A stretch of DNA of 64,000 nt, taken from assembly GCA_947489425.1 (NCBI GenBank), contig CANLDL010000005.1, positions 90,361 to 154,360 on the forward strand, given 5' to 3'. The notes below the pieces were generated by a model. That model ran no database searches. It saw only the letters and a program-made list of their open reading frames with translations, and was not told where the DNA came from. The position numbers and the translations under genes were made by a program. Positions 56,848 through 64,000 of the stretch are shown here, piece after piece (positions within the stretch are counted from its first letter, which is position 1; each line of letters starts with the position of its first letter). This DNA comes from an uncultured Pseudomonadales bacterium. GTDB taxonomy: Bacteria; Pseudomonadota; Gammaproteobacteria; Pseudomonadales; Cellvibrionaceae.

Positions 56848-57669
56848 TTGTTGTACGATTTACATACCCACAGCCATTGCTCCGATGGCAAGCTATCCCC
56901 TGAGGAGCTCGTCGCACTGGCGAAAGAGAATAAAGTTGATGTATTGGCATTAACCGATCACGATACCATTGAAGGCATTCCCGCCGCGCAAGTAGCCGCT
57001 GGCGATGAATTAACGATCATACCAGGTATTGAGGTGTCCTCCCTTTGGGGTGGGCGTAATATTCATATCGTTGGTCTCAATATCGATATTGACTCTCCTG
57101 AGCTACAACAAGCTGTATTAGCACAATCGGATATCCGCTTAGCGCGTGCTAAAAAAATTGCCGAGCGTCTCGAAAAAGCAGGTATTGCTAATGCGTGGGA
57201 AGGTGCTCAGACCTATGCCAAAGGCAGTGCTATAGGGCGGCCCCATTTTGCACAACATATGGTTGATGAAGGTTATGTGGATAATTTTGCTCAGGCGTTT
57301 AAGCGTTATTTAGGTACGGGTAAAGTAGGCGATGTAAAGAGTTTGTGGCCTTCTGTTACAACCGTTGTTCAATGGATCAATGCAGCAGGTGGTATTGCTA
57401 CCTTGGCGCACCCTGATAAATACGGATTAACGCGTACCAAGCTTTATAGCTTGTTAGAGGAGTTCACTGCGGCGGGTGGTAAAGCGATAGAAGTAGTGAG
57501 TGGCCAGCAGACATTGGCGGTTACTCAAAAGTTACACAGAGCCGCTATTGACTTTTCATTGCTAGCTTCCTGCGGCAGTGATTTTCATTCCCCCGATAAC
57601 CGATGGCAATCCCCAGGAATAATGTCGCCATTGCCGAAAAAATGCCAAGCAATTTGGGATTTCTGGTAA
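56848..57669 (+). CDS. trpH: PHP-domain protein TrpH/YciV (RNase AM family)
   Basis: LYDLHTHSHCSDG..., LALTDHDT, GIEVS, LAHP, GSDFH. TTG start. Confidence 0.88.
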   Translation: MLYDLHTHSHCSDGKLSPEELVALAKENKVDVLALTDHDTIEGIPAAQVAAGDELTIIPGIEVSSLWGGRNIHIVGLNIDIDSPELQQAVLAQSDIRLARAKKIAERLEKAGIANAWEGAQTYAKGSAIGRPHFAQHMVDEGYVDNFAQAFKRYLGTGKVGDVKSLWPSVTTVVQWINAAGGIATLAHPDKYGLTRTKLYSLLEEFTAAGGKAIEVVSGQQTLAVTQKLHRAAIDFSLLASCGSDFHSPDNRWQSPGIMSPLPKKCQAIWDFW

Positions 57670-57713
57670 GCTAGTAACTCTATGTAACCAGCATTAATTG
57701 TTAAGAAAAGACT

Positions 57714-58328
57714 ATGGCTCAATTTTTTCAAATTCATCCAGATAATCCCCAAACTCGCCTCATTAAGCAGGCCGCAGATATTATACGTAATGGTGGCCTT
57801 GTTGCTTATCCAACAGACTCTGCCTATGCGCTAGGCTGCCATATAGGTGATAAACTCGCCTTAGAAAGAATCTGTGGCATCAGAAAAATTCAAAAAGACC
57901 ATAACTTCACCTTAGTATGTCGTGATCTATCAGAAGTGGCTACCTACGCAAAAGTAAATAATCAAATGTTTCGTTTGATTAAAGCGCATACACCAGGCCC
58001 CTTTACATTTATTCTAACGGCAACCTCCGAGACGCCAAAACGGCTCAAGCACCCTAAGAAAAAAACCATTGGTATTCGTATACCGAGTAATCCAATTGTT
58101 AGAGATTTATTGAATGAGCTCAATGAGCCAATGATGACCAGTACGTTAATTATGCCTGGTGATGAATTTCCGTTAACCGATCCCTACGATATTCGTATGA
58201 GTTTGGAGCATCAATTGGAGTTGGTTATTGATGGTGGCTTTTGTGGTATGGAAGCAACGACGGTGGTTGATCTGAGCGGAGATGATCCAATTATTGTGCG
58301 TCAAGGCTGTGGTGAATTTTTAGAATAA
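57714..58328 (+). CDS. yciO: Sua5/YciO/YrdC-family protein (YciO-like)
   Basis: 204 aa, LVAYPTDSAYALGC, PGPFTFIL, IRIPSNPI. Follows trpH as in E. coli. Confidence 0.85.
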   Translation: MAQFFQIHPDNPQTRLIKQAADIIRNGGLVAYPTDSAYALGCHIGDKLALERICGIRKIQKDHNFTLVCRDLSEVATYAKVNNQMFRLIKAHTPGPFTFILTATSETPKRLKHPKKKTIGIRIPSNPIVRDLLNELNEPMMTSTLIMPGDEFPLTDPYDIRMSLEHQLELVIDGGFCGMEATTVVDLSGDDPIIVRQGCGEFLE

Positions 58329-58387
58329 TTATTGATTTCTTTACTCAAATTACCTTGTGCATTTTCAGTGCACAAAATAATGCTTTA

Positions 58388-58414
58388 AAGCGCTCTTGCA
58401 CTTTTAGAGCGCTT
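58388..58414 (+). terminator. Hairpin downstream of yciO (possible terminator)
   Basis: AAGCGCTCT / AGAGCGCTT stem with a 9-nt loop, then a pyrimidine-rich tail. A second hairpin TTGTGCA-N7-TGCACAA lies at 58355..58375. Confidence 0.4.
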
Positions 58415-58554
58415 CTCTCTTCAAAATATCGCTGATTTACCCCTAAAACCCCCTTAAAAAGTTGGCATTCTTTCTGCAAAGTCATGTGCAGGAGCGTGAT
58501 CAGCGGATGATTTAATTTACAGTAATACATTTTATTTTATGGGGTTAGTAACAA

Positions 58555-59262
58555 ATGAAAATAAAAAAATTAGCGTTAGCAATCGCTGCTATATCATCAA
58601 CGGCAATTTTTTGTAGTAGTGCTTCTGCTAAAGAAATCGAAGGTAATATTGCATTGTCTAGCGAATATGTTTTCCGTGGCATTTCTCAAAGCGATGAGGA
58701 TCCAGCTCTCTCTGGTGGCTTTGATTACGGTTTCGACAATGGAGTATATTTAGGTATTTGGGGATCTAATGTTGATTTTGGCAGTGAATCTAATACATCG
58801 ACAGAAATAGATTTATACGCAGGCTATGCTTTTGACTTAACGGACAATATTAATTTAGATTTATCTGCAGTATATTTTGTATTCCCAGATGAAACCGACG
58901 AATTAAATTACTCTGAATACATTGCAACACTGGGTGTGGGTAATGCTTCTTTCGGTTTGGTTTTTTCACCTGACTATTTGGGTAGTGATGCAGCTGCTAT
59001 TGTTGTAAATGCAGATTACTCATTCAGTTTAACCAGTGCGTTGAGTTTAGATTTACATGTTGGTTACACGGTAACAGATGATGAAGATGATTTATCTTTT
59101 GAAGATGATGATGACGATTATGTTGATTATTCTATTGGGCTTTCGGCTCCCTTCAAAGGCGTTGATTTATCCCTAACATTCCATAATACCGATATCGATA
59201 GTGGCGATTTAGAAGATCTAGCCGATGAACGTGTTGTGTTCTCTATCGCTAAATCTTTTTAA
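58555..59262 (+). CDS. TorF-family (TIGR02001-like) outer-membrane beta-barrel protein
   Basis: Signal peptide, SSEYVFRGISQSDEDPALSGGFDY...GVYLGIWGSNVDF, alternating beta-strand pattern, C-terminal aromatic residue (..IAKSF). Confidence 0.75.
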   Translation: MKIKKLALAIAAISSTAIFCSSASAKEIEGNIALSSEYVFRGISQSDEDPALSGGFDYGFDNGVYLGIWGSNVDFGSESNTSTEIDLYAGYAFDLTDNINLDLSAVYFVFPDETDELNYSEYIATLGVGNASFGLVFSPDYLGSDAAAIVVNADYSFSLTSALSLDLHVGYTVTDDEDDLSFEDDDDDYVDYSIGLSAPFKGVDLSLTFHNTDIDSGDLEDLADERVVFSIAKSF

Positions 59263-59355
59263 ACACTAAATTTTTGCAGAGCATTAAAAAATAATAACTC
59301 ATAAAATAATAATAGAGATTAACTGGATAGCTAATATTCAGTTAATCCTTTTTAC

Positions 59356-60411
59356 TTAAGAAAATAACCAATTAGGCGTTGTTATTACCCCGCAGTGGTC
59401 ACACTCATAACCAGGCAATTGATTCAACTCTTCTTGAAAGCCACCGTCACGTAAGGCAGAAATAAACGCTTGTATATCATCATCTTTTTCATTTTCTAGC
59501 GCGTAGGCCCACAGGTAATACTCTTTGATGATTGGCGCAAAGCCAAGTTCAAAACGGCGTGCTGCGGCTTCAACACCAAAGCCGACATCTGCCATATTTG
59601 ATGCAATGTGTGCGGCAATGGCAGAGTGAGTAAACTCCTGATTTTCGTAGCCAGAAATTTCATTTGTATTGATATTTTTGTTAGCAAGAATTTGTTCGAG
59701 GAGTTCTCTCGTGCCGGATTTATATTGACGATTAATAAAACGCAAATTTTCTTTGCGTAGATCTTCTATTTGGCTGAGTTGATAGGGGTTGTTGGCTTGA
59801 AAAATTAAGCCTTGCTGGCGGCGCACAAAACGAATAATACCAAAACGCTTTGGATCTAATAATTTTTGGTAGCTTGCCTTTTGTGCAGGCACCTCCATGC
59901 CAATAGGTAAGTGAAAACCAGCAATGCGGCAGCGCCCTTCATTTAATGCAATTAACGCATGTTGGGGGGCGTGGTATTGGATTTCGACTTGGTATTTTTC
60001 GGTATGCTGTGTCATCAAAGCAACGGCATAACCATGGCTAGCATAAATTTTTACGATAGGTGTTGCATCAACCATAGTGCTTTGTAGCTCAACATTAAGC
60101 TCCGTTGCCAAGCTTTCCATCTCCGGGTGCAGTCTCGCCTCAATACGTTGATTGCTCCATAGCAGCTTTTGCCCGAGTGCTGTTAGTTGCGCACCACGAC
60201 CTTTTTCCATCAGAACTAATGGACTATTAAAAAAGGTCGTACTCTCGTTGAGTAAATTCCATGCATGGCGATAGGATAGACCGCATTCCTGCGCTGCGGT
60301 GGTTAAACGTCCACGGCGGTTAATATGCTCTAATAGAGGAAGGACCATTGGATGTAGGCGGTTGCCGTTATGATCTTCAAAGCTCCATTTTGGTAAAATA
60401 TTAATATGCAT
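59356..60411 (-). CDS. ModE-N-like HTH regulator fused to a periplasmic-binding-protein-like sensor domain, divergent from fdsG
   Basis: N-terminus LLEHINRRGRLTTAAQECGLSYRHAWNLLNE...GRGAQLTALGQKLL (ModE/LysR-type HTH), followed by a ~230-aa PBP-like domain. Confidence 0.7.
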   Translation of the reverse strand: MHINILPKWSFEDHNGNRLHPMVLPLLEHINRRGRLTTAAQECGLSYRHAWNLLNESTTFFNSPLVLMEKGRGAQLTALGQKLLWSNQRIEARLHPEMESLATELNVELQSTMVDATPIVKIYASHGYAVALMTQHTEKYQVEIQYHAPQHALIALNEGRCRIAGFHLPIGMEVPAQKASYQKLLDPKRFGIIRFVRRQQGLIFQANNPYQLSQIEDLRKENLRFINRQYKSGTRELLEQILANKNINTNEISGYENQEFTHSAIAAHIASNMADVGFGVEAAARRFELGFAPIIKEYYLWAYALENEKDDDIQAFISALRDGGFQEELNQLPGYECDHCGVITTPNWLFS

Positions 60412-60451
60412 GAAATATCATATTCTTGTCTGATTTTGCCTATGTTAAGGT

Positions 60452-60479
60452 ATATAAATGGTATTAATACCATTTATAT
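60452..60479. promoter_or_regulatory. Perfect 28-bp palindrome in the regulator/fdsG divergent region
   Basis: ATATAAATGGTATT|AATACCATTTATAT, 41 nt upstream of the regulator start on the minus strand. Confidence 0.6.
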
Positions 60480-60671
60480 GCGCTATTGATTTCATATTTA
60501 TACTGAATTTATCGCGTGATTACTAGCTTTTTGATCAATTTTTTTGAATCGACCAAATAAGTGTCAAAATACATAGCCTTAAGTGGTGTATTAAACCAGT
60601 AATTAACAAAGTAATATCACTAATTAGTATCGGATATTTCTATTAGATAAAAGTAAGCGAGAATAAGCCTG

Positions 60672-61208
60672 ATGAGTAGTAGTTTACCCAATGCAACACC
60701 TTCAAAGGCAGTAGCTGTTGATGCGGCACATCTGTCTGCGATTACAAGCCATATAGACAATAACGAGCAGAAGCCCGGTCCTCTATTACCCATTTTGCAT
60801 GATATTCAAAATGATATTGGCTATATTCCTGATGCGGCTATTAGTGAGATTTCAAAACGTTTAAATCTATCGCGTGCAGAAGTACACGGCGTTGTTAGTT
60901 TTTATCATCACTTTAGTACCAAGCCTCGTGGCCGCCATATTGTCGAGGTGTGTTGTGCTGAGTCTTGTCAGGCCTTAGGTGGGCGAGATCTGCAAAAACA
61001 TGCAAAAGAAAAGCTTGGTCTTGATTGGTATCAGACTTCCAAAGACGGCGAAATCACATTAGAGCCTGTTTATTGCTTAGGTAATTGTGCATGCTCTCCT
61101 GCGGTACGCGTTGGCAAACAAATACTGGGTCGAGTCGATAATGAAGACTTTGACGAGCTTATCGAAGAATTAACAACGGTTCCCGTTACCTTAATGGAGG
61201 GCCGCTAA
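60672..61208 (+). CDS. fdsG: NAD-dependent formate dehydrogenase gamma subunit (NuoE-like 2Fe-2S)
   Basis: VSFYHHF, CCAESCQALG, CLGNCACSPAV (NuoE/HoxF-type Cys pattern). Confidence 0.85.
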   Translation: MSSSLPNATPSKAVAVDAAHLSAITSHIDNNEQKPGPLLPILHDIQNDIGYIPDAAISEISKRLNLSRAEVHGVVSFYHHFSTKPRGRHIVEVCCAESCQALGGRDLQKHAKEKLGLDWYQTSKDGEITLEPVYCLGNCACSPAVRVGKQILGRVDNEDFDELIEELTTVPVTLMEGR

Positions 61209-62749
61209 TGTCCGCACACAACAAAGTTTATATCCCGCGTGATTCGTCCTCTCTCTCTATGGGAGCCGAGAAAGTCGCTGTGGCTTTTCAGCTAGCATTG
61301 CAAGCATCAGATTCAAACGACACAACCATTATTCGTAATGGTTCGCGCGGCCTCTATTGGTTAGAGCCAATGGTCGAGGTTGATACACCCGAAGGTCGCG
61401 TTGCCTATGGGCCAGTTAAAGCGCGTGATGTCGAGAGCTTGATTGCACAGGGCATGCTAGAGGGTAAACAAGATCATCCATTATCTTTAGGCTTAACCGA
61501 AGAGATTCCTTACCTTAAAAAACAACAGCGCCTTACCTTTGCACGTGCAGGTATTATTGATCCAGTAAGCCTTGATGACTATCTAGCAACCGATGGCTAT
61601 ACAGGGCTTAAGCGTGCGATTGAGCTTGCTCCGCAGGCGATAGTAGACGAGGTTAAAGAGTCGGGTCTTCGTGGCCGCGGTGGCGCTGCATTCCCAACAG
61701 GTATCAAGTGGCAAACAGTCCTAGGTGCTGAGGCCTCTCAAAAGTACATTGTTTGTAATGCCGATGAAGGTGATTCGGGTACCTTTGCCGACCGCCTACA
61801 AATGGAGGCTGATCCTTTTGGGTTAATCGAAGGCATGACAATTGCGGGTTTAGCGGTTGGTGCGACACAGGGTTATATTTACTTACGCGAAGAGTACCCA
61901 CATGCTCACGAAATACTCGACGAGGCCATCGCCATTGCCGAGCAAAACAATTACCTTGGTGATAACGTTTTGGGTTCTGGTAAAGCGTTTTACCTAGAGG
62001 TGCGCTTAGGTGCTAAAGCCTATATTTGTGGTGAAGAGACAGCCCTGCTTGAAAGCCTAGAAGGCAAGCGTGGCATGGTGCGGCCTAAGCCCCCAATTCC
62101 TGCGCTAGAAGGTTTGTTTGGCCAGCCTACAGTGGTTAATAACGTGCTCTCTCTCTCTACCGTTGCTATTATTTTAGCCAAAGGCGCCGACTTTTATAAA
62201 GATTTTGGTATGGGGCGCTCGTTGGGAACTATGCCTTTCCAGCTGGCGGGTAACCTTAAATACGCGGGCCTTGTTGAAATGGCCTTTGGTATAACACTCA
62301 AAGAGTTACTCTACGATTTTGGTGGTGGTAGCTTTAATGGTAAGCCTTTGCGCTCGGTACAAGCTGGTGGTCCATTGGGCACCTATTTGCCAGAGTCTCA
62401 GTGGGACGTGAAAATGGACTATGAAGAGATGGCTGCCCTCGGTGCTGTGCTTGGTCATGGTGGCGTTGTTGCCTTTGACGACAGTGTCGATATGGCAGAG
62501 CAGGCGCGATTCTCTATGGAATTTTGTGTTGTTGAATCTTGCGGTAAATGTACGCCATGCCGTATTGGCTCAACCCGTGGGGTTGAAGTTATTGATAAAA
62601 TCCGTGCCGGTGAAGACCGCGAAGATAACATAGAGTTACTAGAAGAGCTCTGTGAAACTATGGTCGATGGCTCTTTGTGTGCAATGGGTGGCATGACGCC
62701 ATTCCCAGTACAAAGCGCACTAAAACATTTTAGTGAAGATTTTTCTTAA
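61208..62749 (+). CDS. fdsB: NAD-dependent formate dehydrogenase beta subunit (NuoF-like, FMN/NAD/4Fe-4S)
   Basis: GLRGRGGAAFPTGIKW, CNADEGDSGTF, ESCGKCTPCRIG. ATGA-type overlap with fdsG. Confidence 0.9.
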   Translation: MSAHNKVYIPRDSSSLSMGAEKVAVAFQLALQASDSNDTTIIRNGSRGLYWLEPMVEVDTPEGRVAYGPVKARDVESLIAQGMLEGKQDHPLSLGLTEEIPYLKKQQRLTFARAGIIDPVSLDDYLATDGYTGLKRAIELAPQAIVDEVKESGLRGRGGAAFPTGIKWQTVLGAEASQKYIVCNADEGDSGTFADRLQMEADPFGLIEGMTIAGLAVGATQGYIYLREEYPHAHEILDEAIAIAEQNNYLGDNVLGSGKAFYLEVRLGAKAYICGEETALLESLEGKRGMVRPKPPIPALEGLFGQPTVVNNVLSLSTVAIILAKGADFYKDFGMGRSLGTMPFQLAGNLKYAGLVEMAFGITLKELLYDFGGGSFNGKPLRSVQAGGPLGTYLPESQWDVKMDYEEMAALGAVLGHGGVVAFDDSVDMAEQARFSMEFCVVESCGKCTPCRIGSTRGVEVIDKIRAGEDREDNIELLEELCETMVDGSLCAMGGMTPFPVQSALKHFSEDFS

Positions 62750-62837
62750 ATAGATTTATTGAACATAAATAAAATATCTTTTCGGATAAATATTTTGTTA
62801 TTAATGCATAGCCATAAAAGCTAATGTGAGGTGATAC

Positions 62838-64000
62838 ATGTTACAACGTTCTGATTCGGTTAACCCTGATACATCTGGCCTAAGTTCTGTAGGTACAGGT
62901 ACCGTTGCCGCACCCATGATCTTTGACCCACGTACCGATATAGACCCCGATAAAGATTACGGTACGCCAGCGCCAACCAACGATCCCACCCCTGTTGGTG
63001 AGCTAATTAGCCTGCGCATCGATGGTAAAGAAGTGCGTGTGCCTCAAGGCACTTCGGTGCTTCGTGCGGCAGCTATGGCTGATATTAATATTCCTAAACT
63101 ATGCGCCACCGATAGCCTCGAAGCCTTTGGTTCGTGTCGCCTATGTTTAGTACAAATTGAAGGTCGTCGTGGTTATCCAGCCTCTTGTACAACGCCTGCC
63201 GAAGAAGGCATGGTGGTTAAAACGCAAAACGACAAAGTGGCTAAGCTGCGTCGTAATATTATGGAGATGTACATTTCTGATCACCCGCTAGATTGTTTAA
63301 CCTGTTCGGCCAATGGTGATTGTGAACTACAAGATATGGCCGGTGTAGTCGGCTTACGTAATGTGCGCTATGGCTATGAAGGTGATAACCATCTCGATGC
63401 TGAGAAAGACGAATCTAACCCGTATTTCACCTTTGACCCGAGTAAATGTATTGTCTGTTCGCGCTGTGTGCGCGCTTGTGAAGAAACCCAAGGTACCTTT
63501 GCATTGACTATCTCGTCTCGTGGTTTTGAGTCCAAAGTATCGCCAGGCCAAGACCAACCTTTTATGGATTCAGAATGTGTGTCTTGTGGTGCTTGTGTAC
63601 AAGCGTGTCCAACGGCGACATTATCTGAAAAATCCATTATTGATAAAGGTCAGCCTGAACACTCAGTGATTACTACCTGTGCTTATTGTGGTGTAGGCTG
63701 TGCTTTTAAAGCCGATATGAAAGGTGACGAAGTTGTACGTATGACACCATGGAAGGGGGGTAAAGCCAACCGTGGACATTCCTGTGTTAAAGGCCGTTTT
63801 GCCTTTGGTTATGCAACCCACACTGACCGTATTACTACACCTATGATTCGTGACTCCATCGATGAGCCATGGCGTAAAGTCTCTTACGAAGAAGCATTTA
63901 CTTTTGCTGCTAGCCGCATCAAGGGTATTCAAAAAGAGTTTGGTCGTAACGCCGTTGGTGGTATTACTTCTTCTCGTTGTACCAATGAAGAAACTTACCT
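62838..64000 (+). CDS. fdsA: NAD-dependent formate dehydrogenase alpha subunit, 5-prime part (runs off the window)
   Basis: Not in the ORF track because no stop is reached. ATG 62838, open to 64000. My own translation gives 2Fe-2S (CATDSLEAFGSCRLC), DHPLDCLTC, two 4Fe-4S ferredoxin motifs (CIVCSRCVRAC, CVSCGACVQACP) and the molybdopterin N-terminal cluster CAYCGVGC...CVKGRF. Confidence 0.88.
   Translation, partial: MLQRSDSVNPDTSGLSSVGTGTVAAPMIFDPRTDIDPDKDYGTPAPTNDPTPVGELISLRIDGKEVRVPQGTSVLRAAAMADINIPKLCATDSLEAFGSCRLCLVQIEGRRGYPASCTTPAEEGMVVKTQNDKVAKLRRNIMEMYISDHPLDCLTCSANGDCELQDMAGVVGLRNVRYGYEGDNHLDAEKDESNPYFTFDPSKCIVCSRCVRACEETQGTFALTISSRGFESKVSPGQDQPFMDSECVSCGACVQACPTATLSEKSIIDKGQPEHSVITTCAYCGVGCAFKADMKGDEVVRMTPWKGGKANRGHSCVKGRFAFGYATHTDRITTPMIRDSIDEPWRKVSYEEAFTFAASRIKGIQKEFGRNAVGGITSSRCTNEETY

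Noticed and set aside
58345-58530. 61-aa minus-strand ORF between yciO and the porin gene
   Set aside because: The region is better explained by two hairpins (58355..58375 and 58388..58414) acting as the yciO terminator region. There is no RBS and no recognisable family.
62838-64000. Possible selenocysteine recoding in the formate dehydrogenase alpha subunit
   Set aside because: The visible 387 codons contain no in-frame TGA, and NAD-linked FdsA enzymes use Cys as far as I know. The relevant active-site codon may also lie beyond the window.
1-64000. Looked for CRISPR arrays, IS/transposase genes, integrases, prophage genes, rRNA and classic defence genes (restriction-modification, retron, CBASS-like)
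   Set aside because: No regularly spaced repeats with unique spacers were found. None of the ORFs over 150 aa carries transposase, integrase, phage or recognisable defence signatures. Only the rhs toxin/immunity locus is clearly accessory.

Overview
AT-rich gammaproteobacterial chromosomal window, mostly core housekeeping genes. Left part: GDT1-family membrane protein, alaA, msrB and a DUF1499 protein. Then comes the one clear accessory locus. It is a 7-kb gene for a 2344-aa SpvB / FG-GAP / TcdB-middle / RHS polymorphic toxin with a C-terminal cargo I cannot assign. An AT-rich ankyrin-like immunity candidate follows 13 nt downstream, then a 660-bp non-coding tract with repeats. After a tRNA-Glu/tRNA-Gly pair with a strong promoter come small ORFans, ABM and GFA enzymes, an AAA+ ATPase, DUF1415, a BaeSR-like two-component system with a Spy/CpxP-like gene, and a LysR regulator. 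A long conserved block follows: leuC-leuD-leuB-asd-asd paralog-fimV-truA-trpF-trpB-trpA-accD-folC-SPOR protein-cvpA-purF-metZ. From memory, this order resembles Pseudomonas-type synteny. Right part: MoxR/DUF58/transglutaminase triad, amt, an MFS transporter, TrmH-family methyltransferase, CBS protein, pdxJ, SH3 protein, yciI, a TetR-controlled redox cluster with a frameshifted GST, trpH-yciO, a TorF-type porin, a ModE-like regulator, and NAD-dependent formate dehydrogenase fdsG-fdsB-fdsA. fdsA runs off the right edge and is missing from the ORF track. I saw no CRISPR array, IS element, integrase, prophage or rRNA. The best candidate for novelty is the toxin C-terminus plus immunity module and its unknown delivery route. 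Everything else is modest: regulatory boxes, repeats and a homopolymer frameshift.
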